DNA of 64,000 nucleotides from an uncultured Alphaproteobacteria bacterium. Lineage in GTDB: Bacteria; Pseudomonadota; Alphaproteobacteria; CADEGL01. The position numbers and the translations under genes were made by a program. Below, piece after piece: positions 9,319 to 18,615 of the stretch (within the stretch, counting starts at the first letter, position 1; the number at the start of each line of letters is the position of its first letter). The notes beneath the pieces were generated by a model. It was not told the DNA's origin. It made no database searches and was given only the letters and a program-made list of their open reading frames with translations. The stretch is from assembly GCA_902826885.1 (NCBI GenBank), contig CADEGL010000007.1, positions 10,588 through 74,587 on the forward strand, given 5' to 3'.

Positions 9319-10506
9319 TTACCAGAAGCGTTGCTGCGCGTCGGTCAGAAGCTCGGTGCCTTCCTCGGTCAGGAGGATGGTCTCCTCGAAATCACCGACA
9401 TAGCCGTCGCGGCTGACCGTGCGTTCGTAGTTGAGCACCATGTTGGGCTTGAGTTCCGTCTTGTCGCCCATGACGAGCCACGGCTTGTCCCAGCCGAGGC
9501 CGAGCCCATGGCCCAACCCCGAGAAGACCCCGCCCAAGGGATAGCCCATGGCCTCCTGGCGCCGCAGTCCCGTCTCGGCCACCGCCCCCGCCGTGGTGCC
9601 CACGCGGGTCGCCTTGATGCCTTCCTGAACCGTGGCGATCGCGGTCTCGAAAGCGTCGATCTGATGATTGGTCGCGGGCCCGATGGCCTTGGAACGCGAA
9701 ACGTCGAAGACGTAGCCATCCAGCACGCCCGACAGGCCGACACGCAGCCACATACCTTTCTTGAGCGGCGTTTCGGAACGCCAGGTGGGAAAGGTCGAGC
9801 GAATCAGGGTCGGGCTGTCGCCGCCCGTGCCCGACGCCATGAAGGAGTTGTAAAGCGCGCCGCCGGCCGGCACGACGACCTGAAGCCCGGCGGCCATGAC
9901 GTCGCCGTGGCTCGCGCCGGGCTCGGCCGCCTTCATCATGGCTTCGATCATGCGCGAACCGATCTTGGCTGCCGCGCGCAGGCGTTGAATTTCCGCCGGC
10001 GATTTGATCATACGCATGGTGCCGACCACGTCGTCGGCCGGCTCCAGCCGCATCTCCGGCAATGCGGCCTGGATCATGCGCGCCATGCCGACGGGCAGCA
10101 CGTCGTCGCCGACCAGGCCCACCCGCGCGCGCGACAGACCGAAGCGGCCCAGCGCGGCGATGACGCTTTCGATCACGTTGTCCGTCACCTCGATCCGCTC
10201 GCGCGGCATGGCGACGCCGTCGAGATAAGGAATGTCGGCGACCAGAAGACCCGGGTCGCCCACCGGCAGGACGAGGAAACTGTGGGCGCGCCCGGTCCAA
10301 TGCGGCGCCAAGTCCGGCGTATAGGGGAACGAGGTGTAGAAGTTCGCCAGATACATGATGTCGGCATAGCGGTCGACCGGCCCGCCACCGCGCGAACACA
10401 CCAGCAGCGCGTCCAGACCGCGCGCCTTGGCGGCCTCTTGCGCCCGCGCGCGCCGGCCAGCGAATTCGGCCTCCTCGATGACGACCTTGGGAAGCGGCGT
10501 GCTCAT
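9319..10506 (-). CDS. M24-family metallopeptidase (Xaa-Pro peptidase / creatinase-like)
   Basis: It has a creatinase-type N-terminal domain and an M24 core with metal ligands (HGLGLG). A GAGGAGG RBS is present. Its ATG overlaps the upstream permease stop (ATGA). Confidence 0.8.
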   Translation of the reverse strand: MSTPLPKVVIEEAEFAGRRARAQEAAKARGLDALLVCSRGGGPVDRYADIMYLANFYTSFPYTPDLAPHWTGRAHSFLVLPVGDPGLLVADIPYLDGVAMPRERIEVTDNVIESVIAALGRFGLSRARVGLVGDDVLPVGMARMIQAALPEMRLEPADDVVGTMRMIKSPAEIQRLRAAAKIGSRMIEAMMKAAEPGASHGDVMAAGLQVVVPAGGALYNSFMASGTGGDSPTLIRSTFPTWRSETPLKKGMWLRVGLSGVLDGYVFDVSRSKAIGPATNHQIDAFETAIATVQEGIKATRVGTTAGAVAETGLRRQEAMGYPLGGVFSGLGHGLGLGWDKPWLVMGDKTELKPNMVLNYERTVSRDGYVGDFEETILLTEEGTELLTDAQQRFW

Positions 10507-11291
10507 GGCTGGGACCTCCTCAACAGGGCATAGACGGTGAAGACGAACACCGAAAGGCCGACCAGCATGACCGACACGGCGGCCACCACCGGGTTGATCT
10601 CGAAGCGGATGCCGGCCCACATCTGGACCGGCAAGGTGACCGTGTCGACGCCGGTCATGAACAGGGCCACGACCACCTCGTCGAACGACGTCAGGAACGC
10701 GAACAAGGCGCCCGCCATGACGCCGGGCTTGATGATCGGCAAGGTCACGCGCAGGAACGCCTGCAGGTGCGAGGCGCCCAGGCTGAGTGCGGCCTGCTCC
10801 ATGCGCCAGTCCATCCGATTTAACACGGCCGAGACATTGATGACGACGAAAGGCAGCGCCACGATCGTATGCGCCAACACCAGGCCCGGGATGGTGCCCG
10901 CCAGGCCCCAGACGGCGTAGGAGCGGTAAAGCGCCACGCCCGTCACGATGGCCGGCACCATCATGGGCAAAAGAAAAACGACCGCGACGGCGCCCTTGAG
11001 GCGAAAGCGGCTGCGCGCCAGCGCCATGGACGCCGCGGTGCCGACGATCGTCGCCACCGCCGTGGTCAGCAGGGCGACGATCAGGCTGTTGATGGCCGCG
11101 CCGTACCATTCGGAACGTTGAAAGAAGGTCGCGAACCAGCGCGTCGAATAGCCCGGCGGCGGAAAGACCAGCAGCTCCGCCGAGTTGAACGACATGGGGA
11201 TGACGGCCAAGGTCGGCAGCGCCAGGAACACCAGCACCAGCCCGACGAAGACGTTGAGCACGCTCTCGCTCCAATCGCGCTCGCGCTTCAC
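10503..11291 (-). CDS. ABC transporter permease (PotC/PotI-like)
   Basis: It has a polar-amino-acid/polyamine permease fold. The GTG start overlaps the upstream stop (GTGA). Confidence 0.75.
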   Translation of the reverse strand: MKRERDWSESVLNVFVGLVLVFLALPTLAVIPMSFNSAELLVFPPPGYSTRWFATFFQRSEWYGAAINSLIVALLTTAVATIVGTAASMALARSRFRLKGAVAVVFLLPMMVPAIVTGVALYRSYAVWGLAGTIPGLVLAHTIVALPFVVINVSAVLNRMDWRMEQAALSLGASHLQAFLRVTLPIIKPGVMAGALFAFLTSFDEVVVALFMTGVDTVTLPVQMWAGIRFEINPVVAAVSVMLVGLSVFVFTVYALLRRSQP

Positions 11292-12145
11292 CTTATATCT
11301 CCCCACAGGGCGCTGACCCGGAAGTAACGGTGCGCGATCGCATAGAGGAGCAGCGTCGTGACGACCAAGAGCGTCGAGAGCGCGGCCGCCAAGCCCCAAT
11401 TGAGCGTCGAGTTGATGTTCACCTCGACGAGCTGGGCCAGAAGAATGTCCCTCGTGCCGCCGAGCAGCGCGGGGATCACGAAAAAGCCCAGGCTGATGGT
11501 GAAGACCAGCAGAACCCCAGCCATGATTCCAGGCAAGGTCAGCGGCAGATAGATCCGCAGGAAGGCACGCACGGGTCCCGCCCCCAGAATGCGCGCCGCG
11601 CGCATCAGCGCGGGGTCCAACCGCACCATCACGGCCACGATGGGCAGGACCATGTAAGGCAGCATGATCTGGGTCATCCCGATCAGGACGCCCGTGGTGT
11701 TGTTGATGAGGATCAGCGGGCTGTCCAACAGGCCCGTGGAGATCAGCGCCTTGTTGAGGATGCCCTGCGGGTTGAGCATCACCATCCAGCCGTAGGTGCG
11801 GACCAGAAGGCTGGTCCAGAATGGGACCAGGATGCCCGCGATGAGGGCCGCCCGCGCCCGCCCGCTGGTGGTCGCGATGCGGTAGGCCAAGGGATAGCCC
11901 AGCAGAAGGCAAAGGAAGGCGGTAGCCGCGCCCATGATGAGCGTGCGCTGAAGCACGCGGACATAGGCCGGCACGTCGATCAGCCGCTGGTAATGGCGCA
12001 GCGTCCAATCGCCCTTCTCGTAGACGCTGATCCCGACCAGGGAGACCAGCGGATAGAGAAAAAGCGCGACGATCATCAGAAGCCCGGGCAGGACGAGCAG
12101 CTCCGCGCGCGGGCGCGTGAAGCCGGCGGCGCGCGTTGCGGCCAT
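11288..12145 (-). CDS. ABC transporter permease (PotB/PotH-like)
   Basis: It has six transmembrane segments and an EAA-like loop region. Confidence 0.75.
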   Translation of the reverse strand: MAATRAAGFTRPRAELLVLPGLLMIVALFLYPLVSLVGISVYEKGDWTLRHYQRLIDVPAYVRVLQRTLIMGAATAFLCLLLGYPLAYRIATTSGRARAALIAGILVPFWTSLLVRTYGWMVMLNPQGILNKALISTGLLDSPLILINNTTGVLIGMTQIMLPYMVLPIVAVMVRLDPALMRAARILGAGPVRAFLRIYLPLTLPGIMAGVLLVFTISLGFFVIPALLGGTRDILLAQLVEVNINSTLNWGLAAALSTLLVVTTLLLYAIAHRYFRVSALWGDIR

Positions 12146-12178
12146 CGCCCTGTCCCGGGTCTTCCGGTCAGCCGAAGC

Positions 12179-13267
12179 TCAGCCCAACCGCCACTGGTTG
12201 AACTTCTCCGTCACCTGGTCCTTGTTCTCGCCCCACCATTGCTCGTCCGTCATGACGTACTTGCCTTGCTGCTGGGGCCCACCCGACAGGATCGCGGCGC
12301 GGTCTTTGGGGATCTTCTCGTAGGCCTTCTGGACGATGGGCCCGTAGGTATAGGCCATGCCCATGTTGTACTGGCCCTCGGGCGAGACGCAGTAAGCCAG
12401 AAGCTGCATGGCGCCTTCGCGGTTGGGCGCACCGCGCGGAATCACCATGCTGGCCCAGCTCATCAGGCTCTGGTTGTACTCGATGTCGATGGGCGCGCCA
12501 TTCTTCTTGGCCGATAGCGCGCGGCCGTCCGGCACCAGGCCCAGCACGGCCTGGCCGTCGGTCATGTATTGCTCGCCCTGGGCATTGGTGTCGTACCAGA
12601 GAATGTGATCGCGGATCTTGGCTAGGCTCTTGAGCGCCCGGTCGACGTCCAGCGGAAACAGCTTGTCCATCGGCACGCCGTCGGCCAGCACCGCGGCTTC
12701 GAGCGCCGCGCTGCTGGTGCGCTGGCCGAAGGTGCGCTTGCCTGGATATTTCTTCACGTCCCACACCTCGGCCCACGTCCTCGGATGGTTGTCCGCCGAG
12801 AAAGCCTTGGTGTTGTAGAACATCACCTTGGACCAAATGACCTGCGGCACCGACACGTCGGTCACCAGGCCGGGCATCTTCATGATGTCGCTGGCGTTGA
12901 TGATCTTGAAGTCGAGCGGCTCGACCAGGTTGTCTTTCTTACCGATCCACTGGAAGTCCGGGTTGACCTCGACCACGTCCCATTCGGTCTTGCCGGCTTC
13001 GACCATGGCGCGAACCTTGGCGTAGCTGTTGCCGCCCACGGTCACGACCTCGATCCCCGTCTTCTTGGTGAACGGGTCGAACCAAGCCTCGCGCATCGCC
13101 TTTTCCCAGGAGCCGCCCCAGGTGGCGAACACCACGCGCTTCGATGCCTGCGCGCGGGCGCCGTGGGCGAACGGGCCCATGGCGGCCAAGACGCCGCCCA
13201 TGGCCGCGCTCTTCAGGACCGTGCGGCGCGTGGCGCCGGACGCTTTCGATCGGTCGATCTTCGTCAT
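12179..13267 (-). CDS. ABC transporter periplasmic substrate-binding protein (PotD/PotF-like), Tat/Sec signal
   Basis: It has an RRTVLKSAAMGGVLAA signal and an extracellular solute-binding family 1 fold. A GGGGAGGG RBS is present. Confidence 0.8.
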   Translation of the reverse strand: MTKIDRSKASGATRRTVLKSAAMGGVLAAMGPFAHGARAQASKRVVFATWGGSWEKAMREAWFDPFTKKTGIEVVTVGGNSYAKVRAMVEAGKTEWDVVEVNPDFQWIGKKDNLVEPLDFKIINASDIMKMPGLVTDVSVPQVIWSKVMFYNTKAFSADNHPRTWAEVWDVKKYPGKRTFGQRTSSAALEAAVLADGVPMDKLFPLDVDRALKSLAKIRDHILWYDTNAQGEQYMTDGQAVLGLVPDGRALSAKKNGAPIDIEYNQSLMSWASMVIPRGAPNREGAMQLLAYCVSPEGQYNMGMAYTYGPIVQKAYEKIPKDRAAILSGGPQQQGKYVMTDEQWWGENKDQVTEKFNQWRLG

Positions 13268-13385
13268 TCGCACCCTCCCCTATACGGCTCGCGCGACGAC
13301 GCCTCGAAGGAAGCGCGGCGCGCTTTGGCCCTCAGGCGCCAAGGATACGCAGGGGTAAGGGGCGCGGGGAAGGCCCGCTCCACGC

Positions 13386-14585
13386 TTAGGATGATGGTCC
13401 GTTGTTGTCCGGCGCGGGTTCGCCGTGCGGCAGGGCCAGATAATCCTCGGACTGCATCTCGATCAGGCGCGAGACCGTACGCTCGAACTCGAACAGCGCA
13501 TCCCCGCCATCGGGCCGAGTTCGGTAAAGCCCCGTAGGCTGCGCGGCGGCCGAGACGATCAGCTTCACCCGCCGGTCATAGAATGTGTCGACCAACGAGA
13601 CCAAGCGCAGCGCCTCGTCGCGCCGCTCGCGATTCAGAATTGGAATGTCATCGACGATGACCGTGTGATAGCGGTGCGCGACGGCCATGTAGTCGGACGG
13701 TCCCAGCGGCTTGGAACAAAGATCGGCGAAGGCGAAACGCGCCACGCCGCCGGCCGCCTGGGGTATTTCGAGGGGATGGCCCGTCACCATGAGTTTGGCC
13801 GGCGCGCCGCGCGCAGCACCGGACAGGCTGGTGAAGATGCGATCGAGCGCCACGCGCGAGGCTGGTCCGGCGGGCGTCAGATAGACCGGCTCCCCGGCAA
13901 GCTTCTCCAAGCGGAAATCCGTGCGCGCCTCGAGCCGCGCCACCTCCAGCCGTTCCTTGAACAAATCGATAAACGGCAGGAACAGCTCGCGGTTGATGCC
14001 GCCCGCGTAAAGACGGTCGGGCTCGACGTTCGAGGTCGCCACCACGACCACGCCATCCTTGAACAAGGCGCTGAAAAGCCGGCCAAGAATCATGGCGTCC
14101 GCGATGTTGTTCACCATGAACTCGTCGAAGCACAGAAGCGATGCTTCCGCGGCCAAGTCGCGCGCGACCGGCCCGATCGGATCGCCGTCGCCCTTTTGCT
14201 TGAATTCGTGAATGCGCGCATGCACGTCGGCCATGAATTCGTTGAAATGGGCGCGCCGCTTGCGCTCGATGGAGATGCTTTCGAAGAAAAGATCCATCAG
14301 CATCGTCTTGCCGCGGCCGACCGGGCCCCAGACGTAAAGGCCGCGGGGCGCCGCCTCGCGCGCACCAAACAGGCGCGCCAGGGTTCCCGGCTTCTTGCCC
14401 GCGAGGGACGCGGCCAGCGCATCGAGGCGGGATGCGATCTCCTCCTGCGCCGCATCGGCACCGATGGCGCCTGCCTCGGCCAGCGTTCGGTAGCGGCCCG
14501 AAACCGTGGACGCGCCCGCGCCACGCCCGTCGGCGGGCGCACGAAGGAAGAAGGAGGCGGACCGAGGCCGCATCGGAAAGCTCAT
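13386..14585 (-). CDS. zapE: Cell division protein ZapE (AFG1-like ATPase)
   Basis: It has a Walker A motif (GPVGRGKT) and AFG1-family sequence throughout. Confidence 0.8.
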   Translation of the reverse strand: MSFPMRPRSASFFLRAPADGRGAGASTVSGRYRTLAEAGAIGADAAQEEIASRLDALAASLAGKKPGTLARLFGAREAAPRGLYVWGPVGRGKTMLMDLFFESISIERKRRAHFNEFMADVHARIHEFKQKGDGDPIGPVARDLAAEASLLCFDEFMVNNIADAMILGRLFSALFKDGVVVVATSNVEPDRLYAGGINRELFLPFIDLFKERLEVARLEARTDFRLEKLAGEPVYLTPAGPASRVALDRIFTSLSGAARGAPAKLMVTGHPLEIPQAAGGVARFAFADLCSKPLGPSDYMAVAHRYHTVIVDDIPILNRERRDEALRLVSLVDTFYDRRVKLIVSAAAQPTGLYRTRPDGGDALFEFERTVSRLIEMQSEDYLALPHGEPAPDNNGPSS

Positions 14586-14657
14586 GTCGGTCGGAAGATT
14601 GGATAGACGCGGGGAGGCTGTGTGCCCCGCCCTTGCGCAGGGGTCAATAGCGGGAAG

Positions 14658-15449
14658 TCATTTTGCCGAGAGTTCCGCGATGGCGTAGCTGATGGCCTCC
14701 GGAGAAATGCTGATCTCGCCCCGGAACGGCCCGTCCAAGACCGCGAGGAAGGACACCATCAGCCCGATGGCGGTCAGCTTGATGCCGAGAAAAACGAAGC
14801 CATAAGGACGCACGATCAAAAGCCCCGCCAGAACACAGATGACGGCGATCAGGGCGCCGATCAGCCACCAGAAGATAGACAGCAGCCGCGTTTCCGACGC
14901 CGCGATGATACGGTCGTCGTGGTCCTGCTCCAGGTCGTTGACGGCGTCCAACATCCGGTCCGCGAGGCTGTTGTGGCCTTCCGGCAAGACGCTGATCGCG
15001 GCGCGAAGCCGCGCCATCAGGTCATAGACGCGATCGGAACCGTCGGGCGCACCGGCGCGCATCAGAGGCCAGTCTTCTTCGACCACGGCCTTGGCATAGT
15101 CGACGAGGATGCGCCGCGCTTCGGCCGTGCGTTCCTCACCGTAGTGGACCAGCATCCTGTCCAGGTGAACGAGGTTGAAAGCCTCCTCTTTCACCTTGCC
15201 GCCCAGCTTGGCCGTGGCTGTGCGCGCCTCGAGCGTGGAGAGCGACATCATCAACGCGGTCAGCGCGAAGATACCGATATAAACGATTTGGGCGTAATCG
15301 CGCGTCCTTTGATCGATTTCCAATCTCGTCAACCGCAGGGCGCGGTTGACCACCAAGCCCAGCAGCAGGCCCGCCGAAACGATGATCGCGATGAAGACGG
15401 CGAAAATCTGCCAATTCCGCGCGGCAGACAGAAAATGCTCGAGCCACAT
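14658..15449 (-). CDS. Membrane protein (DUF4239-like)
   Basis: It has two N-terminal and two C-terminal transmembrane segments. I chose the MWLEHF start over the MEIW start on RBS grounds. Confidence 0.5.
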   Translation of the reverse strand: MWLEHFLSAARNWQIFAVFIAIIVSAGLLLGLVVNRALRLTRLEIDQRTRDYAQIVYIGIFALTALMMSLSTLEARTATAKLGGKVKEEAFNLVHLDRMLVHYGEERTAEARRILVDYAKAVVEEDWPLMRAGAPDGSDRVYDLMARLRAAISVLPEGHNSLADRMLDAVNDLEQDHDDRIIAASETRLLSIFWWLIGALIAVICVLAGLLIVRPYGFVFLGIKLTAIGLMVSFLAVLDGPFRGEISISPEAISYAIAELSAK

Positions 15450-15599
15450 GCGCTTGCCCCCGCGTTCCGGCGCATCCCCTGCTGCATTCACCCATATTTC
15501 CATGCGATTTCAAAGCACAGGGGTGCTGTCGCCAGAGCCGTGGCGCTGGACTAGACTTTTCGTATCGTCCGGCAACGGCCACACAAGGAGAGGCATTCC

Positions 15600-15980
15600 A
15601 TGCTTGCCAACGTGATCTTTGGTGTGCGCGACATGAAGCGCGCCACTTCGTTCTATGACGCGATCTTCACGCCGCTCGGCTACAAGCGCGTCAGCACCGG
15701 CGAGAAGTTCACCGGCTATGGTCCGGCGGAGAAGGCCAACTTCTTCATCTGCATGCCGCGCAACGGCCAGCCGGCCACCGCGGGCAACGGCACCCAGGTC
15801 ACCGTCTCGGCGCCGGATACGGCCGCGGTGGACAAGTTTCACAAGGCAGCCCTGGCCTCCGGCGGCACCTGCGAGGGCGCACCGGGCTATCGCCCGCCCG
15901 AGAAGAAGACCTCTTATGCCGCGTATGTGCGCGATCCGGACGGCAACAAGGTCATGGCCGTCTGCAGCAATCCGAAATAA
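15600..15980 (+). CDS. VOC (glyoxalase/bleomycin-resistance) family protein
   Basis: VIFGVRDMKRATSFYDAIF is followed by a YVRDPDGNKV motif. An AAGGAGAGG RBS is present. Confidence 0.8.
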   Translation: MLANVIFGVRDMKRATSFYDAIFTPLGYKRVSTGEKFTGYGPAEKANFFICMPRNGQPATAGNGTQVTVSAPDTAAVDKFHKAALASGGTCEGAPGYRPPEKKTSYAAYVRDPDGNKVMAVCSNPK

Positions 15981-16025
15981 CGCCCAAGCCGGGCGGCCGC
16001 ATCGGCGGCCGCCCGGCACGGTACC

Positions 16026-16832
16026 GTGATGACGGCGCGCCGCTGGTTACCGCGATGGCTCCGTAGCTCGCCGCTTCTGGCGCTCCTGATGCTCGCGTGT
16101 ACCGCGGGGGCATGGGCGGCCACGACCTCTCCCGACGCCGACCGGGACGAGTTGGGCGAGTGCAAACGCGGCTATTACGCGTTGGGCCAAACCTGTATCC
16201 CGCTCGAGATGCCGGAAAACGCCCGGCTCGATTCCACCGGACACGCCTGGGTATGCCGCAGTGGCTTCTATCAGAGCGGTGCCCAGTGCCTGTCCGTGAA
16301 GATGCCCGTTCACGCCAAGTTGGATGGGACGGGGCACGCATGGGTCTGCGACAAGGGCTTCTATCGCGTGGACGACCATTGCGAGATCGTGTGCGAACGC
16401 GGCTTTCACAACGTGGGCCAGAAATGCGTTCCGATCTCGAAACCATCCCATGCGGCGCCGGCCGGCGGCACCCATGGCGACACGGCGGCGTGCCCGTATG
16501 GAACACGCGTGAACAGCGGCCAATGCGAACGGCTGAAACCGCCCGCGCACGCGTCGCTGGACAGGTCCGGACTCGATTGGGCCTGCGATGCCGGATTTTT
16601 CCGCTACGGCGAAGAATGCCGGCGCGTGTGCGGCAAGGGCTTCTACCGGGACGACAAGGATTCCTGCCAGCCCGTCGCGGTCCCGCCCAACGCCGCGCTC
16701 GACCGGTCGGGGCACAACTGGGCCTGCAACGCAGGCTTCATCGCCCAAGACAACGGTTGCGTCCCCGTTCCCCTCGACACAACGCCGCCGCGCAAATTCG
16801 GAGGCGGCGGCGCCAAGGAGAAAGCACCATGA
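16026..16832 (+). CDS. Secreted Cys-rich tandem-repeat protein (8 x CxxGFYxxxxxC modules)
   Basis: It has a signal peptide, then 8 Cys-pair modules. Linkers alternate between short and ~17-aa xPxNAxLDxSGHxW forms. Confidence 0.6.
   Translation: MMTARRWLPRWLRSSPLLALLMLACTAGAWAATTSPDADRDELGECKRGYYALGQTCIPLEMPENARLDSTGHAWVCRSGFYQSGAQCLSVKMPVHAKLDGTGHAWVCDKGFYRVDDHCEIVCERGFHNVGQKCVPISKPSHAAPAGGTHGDTAACPYGTRVNSGQCERLKPPAHASLDRSGLDWACDAGFFRYGEECRRVCGKGFYRDDKDSCQPVAVPPNAALDRSGHNWACNAGFIAQDNGCVPVPLDTTPPRKFGGGGAKEKAP
16161..16760 (+). repeat. Intragenic tandem repeats encoding CxxG[FY][YF]-x5-C modules with conserved P-x-[NH]A-x-LD-x-[ST]G[HL]-x-W linkers
   Basis: The repeated protein motifs are read directly from the translation. 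Confidence 0.6.
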
Positions 16833-17323
16833 ACTTGCCGAAGGAGCTGGTCGGTTATTGGGACCGCTATAAGGCCGAGACCGATCTTTATTGGGCACGC
16901 GTATGCAAGGAGAAGGGCATTTCCGGCGTGACGCCGCACATCTATCCCTGGACACAGGTTCCGGTGTTCGCCGACCTGATGCTGTTCCTGATCCTTCACG
17001 GCGGCAAAACCTCGACCGCGCATCTTCTTCTCGAACACGAGGTCAGCGGCAAGCCGCCGCACAAGGTGGGCGACTACAGCGTGGTGCTGGACGGATTCGG
17101 CCGTCCGGCCTGCGTCATCCGCACCACCTCGGTCGAGATCAAGCCGTTCCGCGCGGTGGACAAAAAATTCGCCATGGCCGAATCGGAAGGCGCGGGCGAC
17201 GTGCTCTATTGGAAGCAGGGCCACTGGTCCTTCTTCCAGCATTACTGCAAGGCACACGGCAAGGAGATGACCGAGGACACGCCGATGGTGTTCGAGTATT
17301 TCGAGCTGATCCACCCCGGCTAG
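16829..17323 (+). CDS. ASCH (PUA-like) domain protein
   Basis: It matches the ASCH consensus (LILHGGKTSTAH ... FAMAESEGAGDVLYWKQGHWSFF). An AAGGAG RBS is present and the start overlaps the upstream stop (ATGA). Confidence 0.65.
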   Translation: MNLPKELVGYWDRYKAETDLYWARVCKEKGISGVTPHIYPWTQVPVFADLMLFLILHGGKTSTAHLLLEHEVSGKPPHKVGDYSVVLDGFGRPACVIRTTSVEIKPFRAVDKKFAMAESEGAGDVLYWKQGHWSFFQHYCKAHGKEMTEDTPMVFEYFELIHPG

Positions 17324-17330
17324 GGGGCGT

Positions 17331-18020
17331 TTAACCCGGTAGGCGGTTGACCGCGTCGATGCGGTCGCCGGTGGCGGGATGCGAAGCGAAGAATCCGCCG
17401 CCGCCGGCGCCTTCGGTTTGATTGAGCCACGTGAGTGTACTGGCCATCAGCGTTTTGCCCGGATAGCCCGCGCGGTTGAGGATCTCGACACCGTGCGCGT
17501 CGGCCTCGGTCTCCTCGGAACGGCTGTAGGCGCTGGTCACCAGCGCGCCCGCCAGCGGCGTCAATTGACTGGAGCCCGGGACGATCTGTTCCAAGAGGAC
17601 GAAGCCGATATCCATGCCGGTTGCGAGGGTTTGGATCTTGGCCACGTGGCCCAAATCCTCGTGCGCGATCTCATGCGCCAAGATCGCGCGCAACTGATCG
17701 TCGTTGGCCTTCCGCAGCAGGCCGGTGGTGACGTAGAAATCGCCGCTGCCGCCATTGGCCGCGTTCACATGCGGATCGTCCCACACGGTGATCTTCACGC
17801 GATTCGCGGGGATGGGCCGATTCATCCTGGCAACGAGGGGTGTCATGATCGCCTGCAGGCGCTTGGCCTGATCCGGCGTGATCGCGATGGTCTTGGGTTC
17901 TTCGCTTTGTGCCTGCGGCGCGGGCTGGGACGAATCACCACCCTGGCCGCCGCCCTGCTGTGGGGCAACACAGCCGCCGAGGATCAGCACCAAGGCCACC
18001 GCGGACAGGAAAAGCTTCAA
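17331..18020 (-). CDS. M48-family metallopeptidase lipoprotein
   Basis: It has a lipobox (LILGGC) and an HEIAHE zinc motif. A GGAGG RBS precedes the TTG start. Confidence 0.75.
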   Translation of the reverse strand: MKLFLSAVALVLILGGCVAPQQGGGQGGDSSQPAPQAQSEEPKTIAITPDQAKRLQAIMTPLVARMNRPIPANRVKITVWDDPHVNAANGGSGDFYVTTGLLRKANDDQLRAILAHEIAHEDLGHVAKIQTLATGMDIGFVLLEQIVPGSSQLTPLAGALVTSAYSRSEETEADAHGVEILNRAGYPGKTLMASTLTWLNQTEGAGGGGFFASHPATGDRIDAVNRLPG

Positions 18021-18122
18021 TGATGCCTCCGCCTGAAACGGCGACAGGTTCGCCGTGACGACGGATCAACGCATCGCGATCAGGGCGGTTCCGGCCGAGC
18101 GGGAACGAACCGGCCGGCGCCG

Positions 18123-18521
18123 TCAGGCGGAGATTTCGGCGCGCGCCTTCTTCGATTCCTCGAAGCCGTGCATGCCCATGTGCCATTGCAGGGCGACGAT
18201 GACGCCCTTCATCGGCTGGAGCAGGCCGAGCGTCATCACGAGCGTGAGCGGCAGCCAAATGGCCAGATGCACCCACAGCGGCGGCTCCAACAGCTGCTCG
18301 GTCAGGAGCTGCGCGGGCACAATGATGTGGCCGACGATCAAGATCACCAGATAGGCGGGAAAGTCGTCGGCGCGATGATGGTGCATTTCCTCGCCGCAGG
18401 CCGGGCAGGCCGGCGCGATCTTAAGAAAACGTGCAAACAGGTGCCCCTTACCGCAAGCCGGACATTTGCACCGGAACCCGCGCCCCAGGGCGGTCAGAAG
18501 GGAAACCTGTGATCCAACCAT
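18123..18521 (-). CDS. DUF983 domain protein (zinc-ribbon plus 2 TM)
   Basis: It has CxxC...CxxC followed by hydrophobic helices. The alternative upstream start is GTG 18554. Confidence 0.55.
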   Translation of the reverse strand: MVGSQVSLLTALGRGFRCKCPACGKGHLFARFLKIAPACPACGEEMHHHRADDFPAYLVILIVGHIIVPAQLLTEQLLEPPLWVHLAIWLPLTLVMTLGLLQPMKGVIVALQWHMGMHGFEESKKARAEISA

Positions 18522-18615
18522 AGCCTTGATCCCTTTATCTTCTTGCCCGTTCACCGATCTTATCCATACAATAAAAATTCATGACCATACTAACAAGGCC
18601 ATAGGCGCATATTGT

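Noticed and set aside
9319-11274. Single 651-aa ORF spanning peptidase and permease
   Set aside because: The ORF caller merged two frames. The permease stop TGA overlaps the peptidase ATG (ATGA at 10503-10506), and the upstream Gly/Arg-rich part is an artefact.
9331-12517. Large plus-strand ORFs (9331-10533, 11330-12517, 10537-10920) antisense to the ABC/peptidase operon
   Set aside because: They have Arg/Asp/His/Gly-rich low-complexity translations and no RBS. These are high-GC antisense artefacts.
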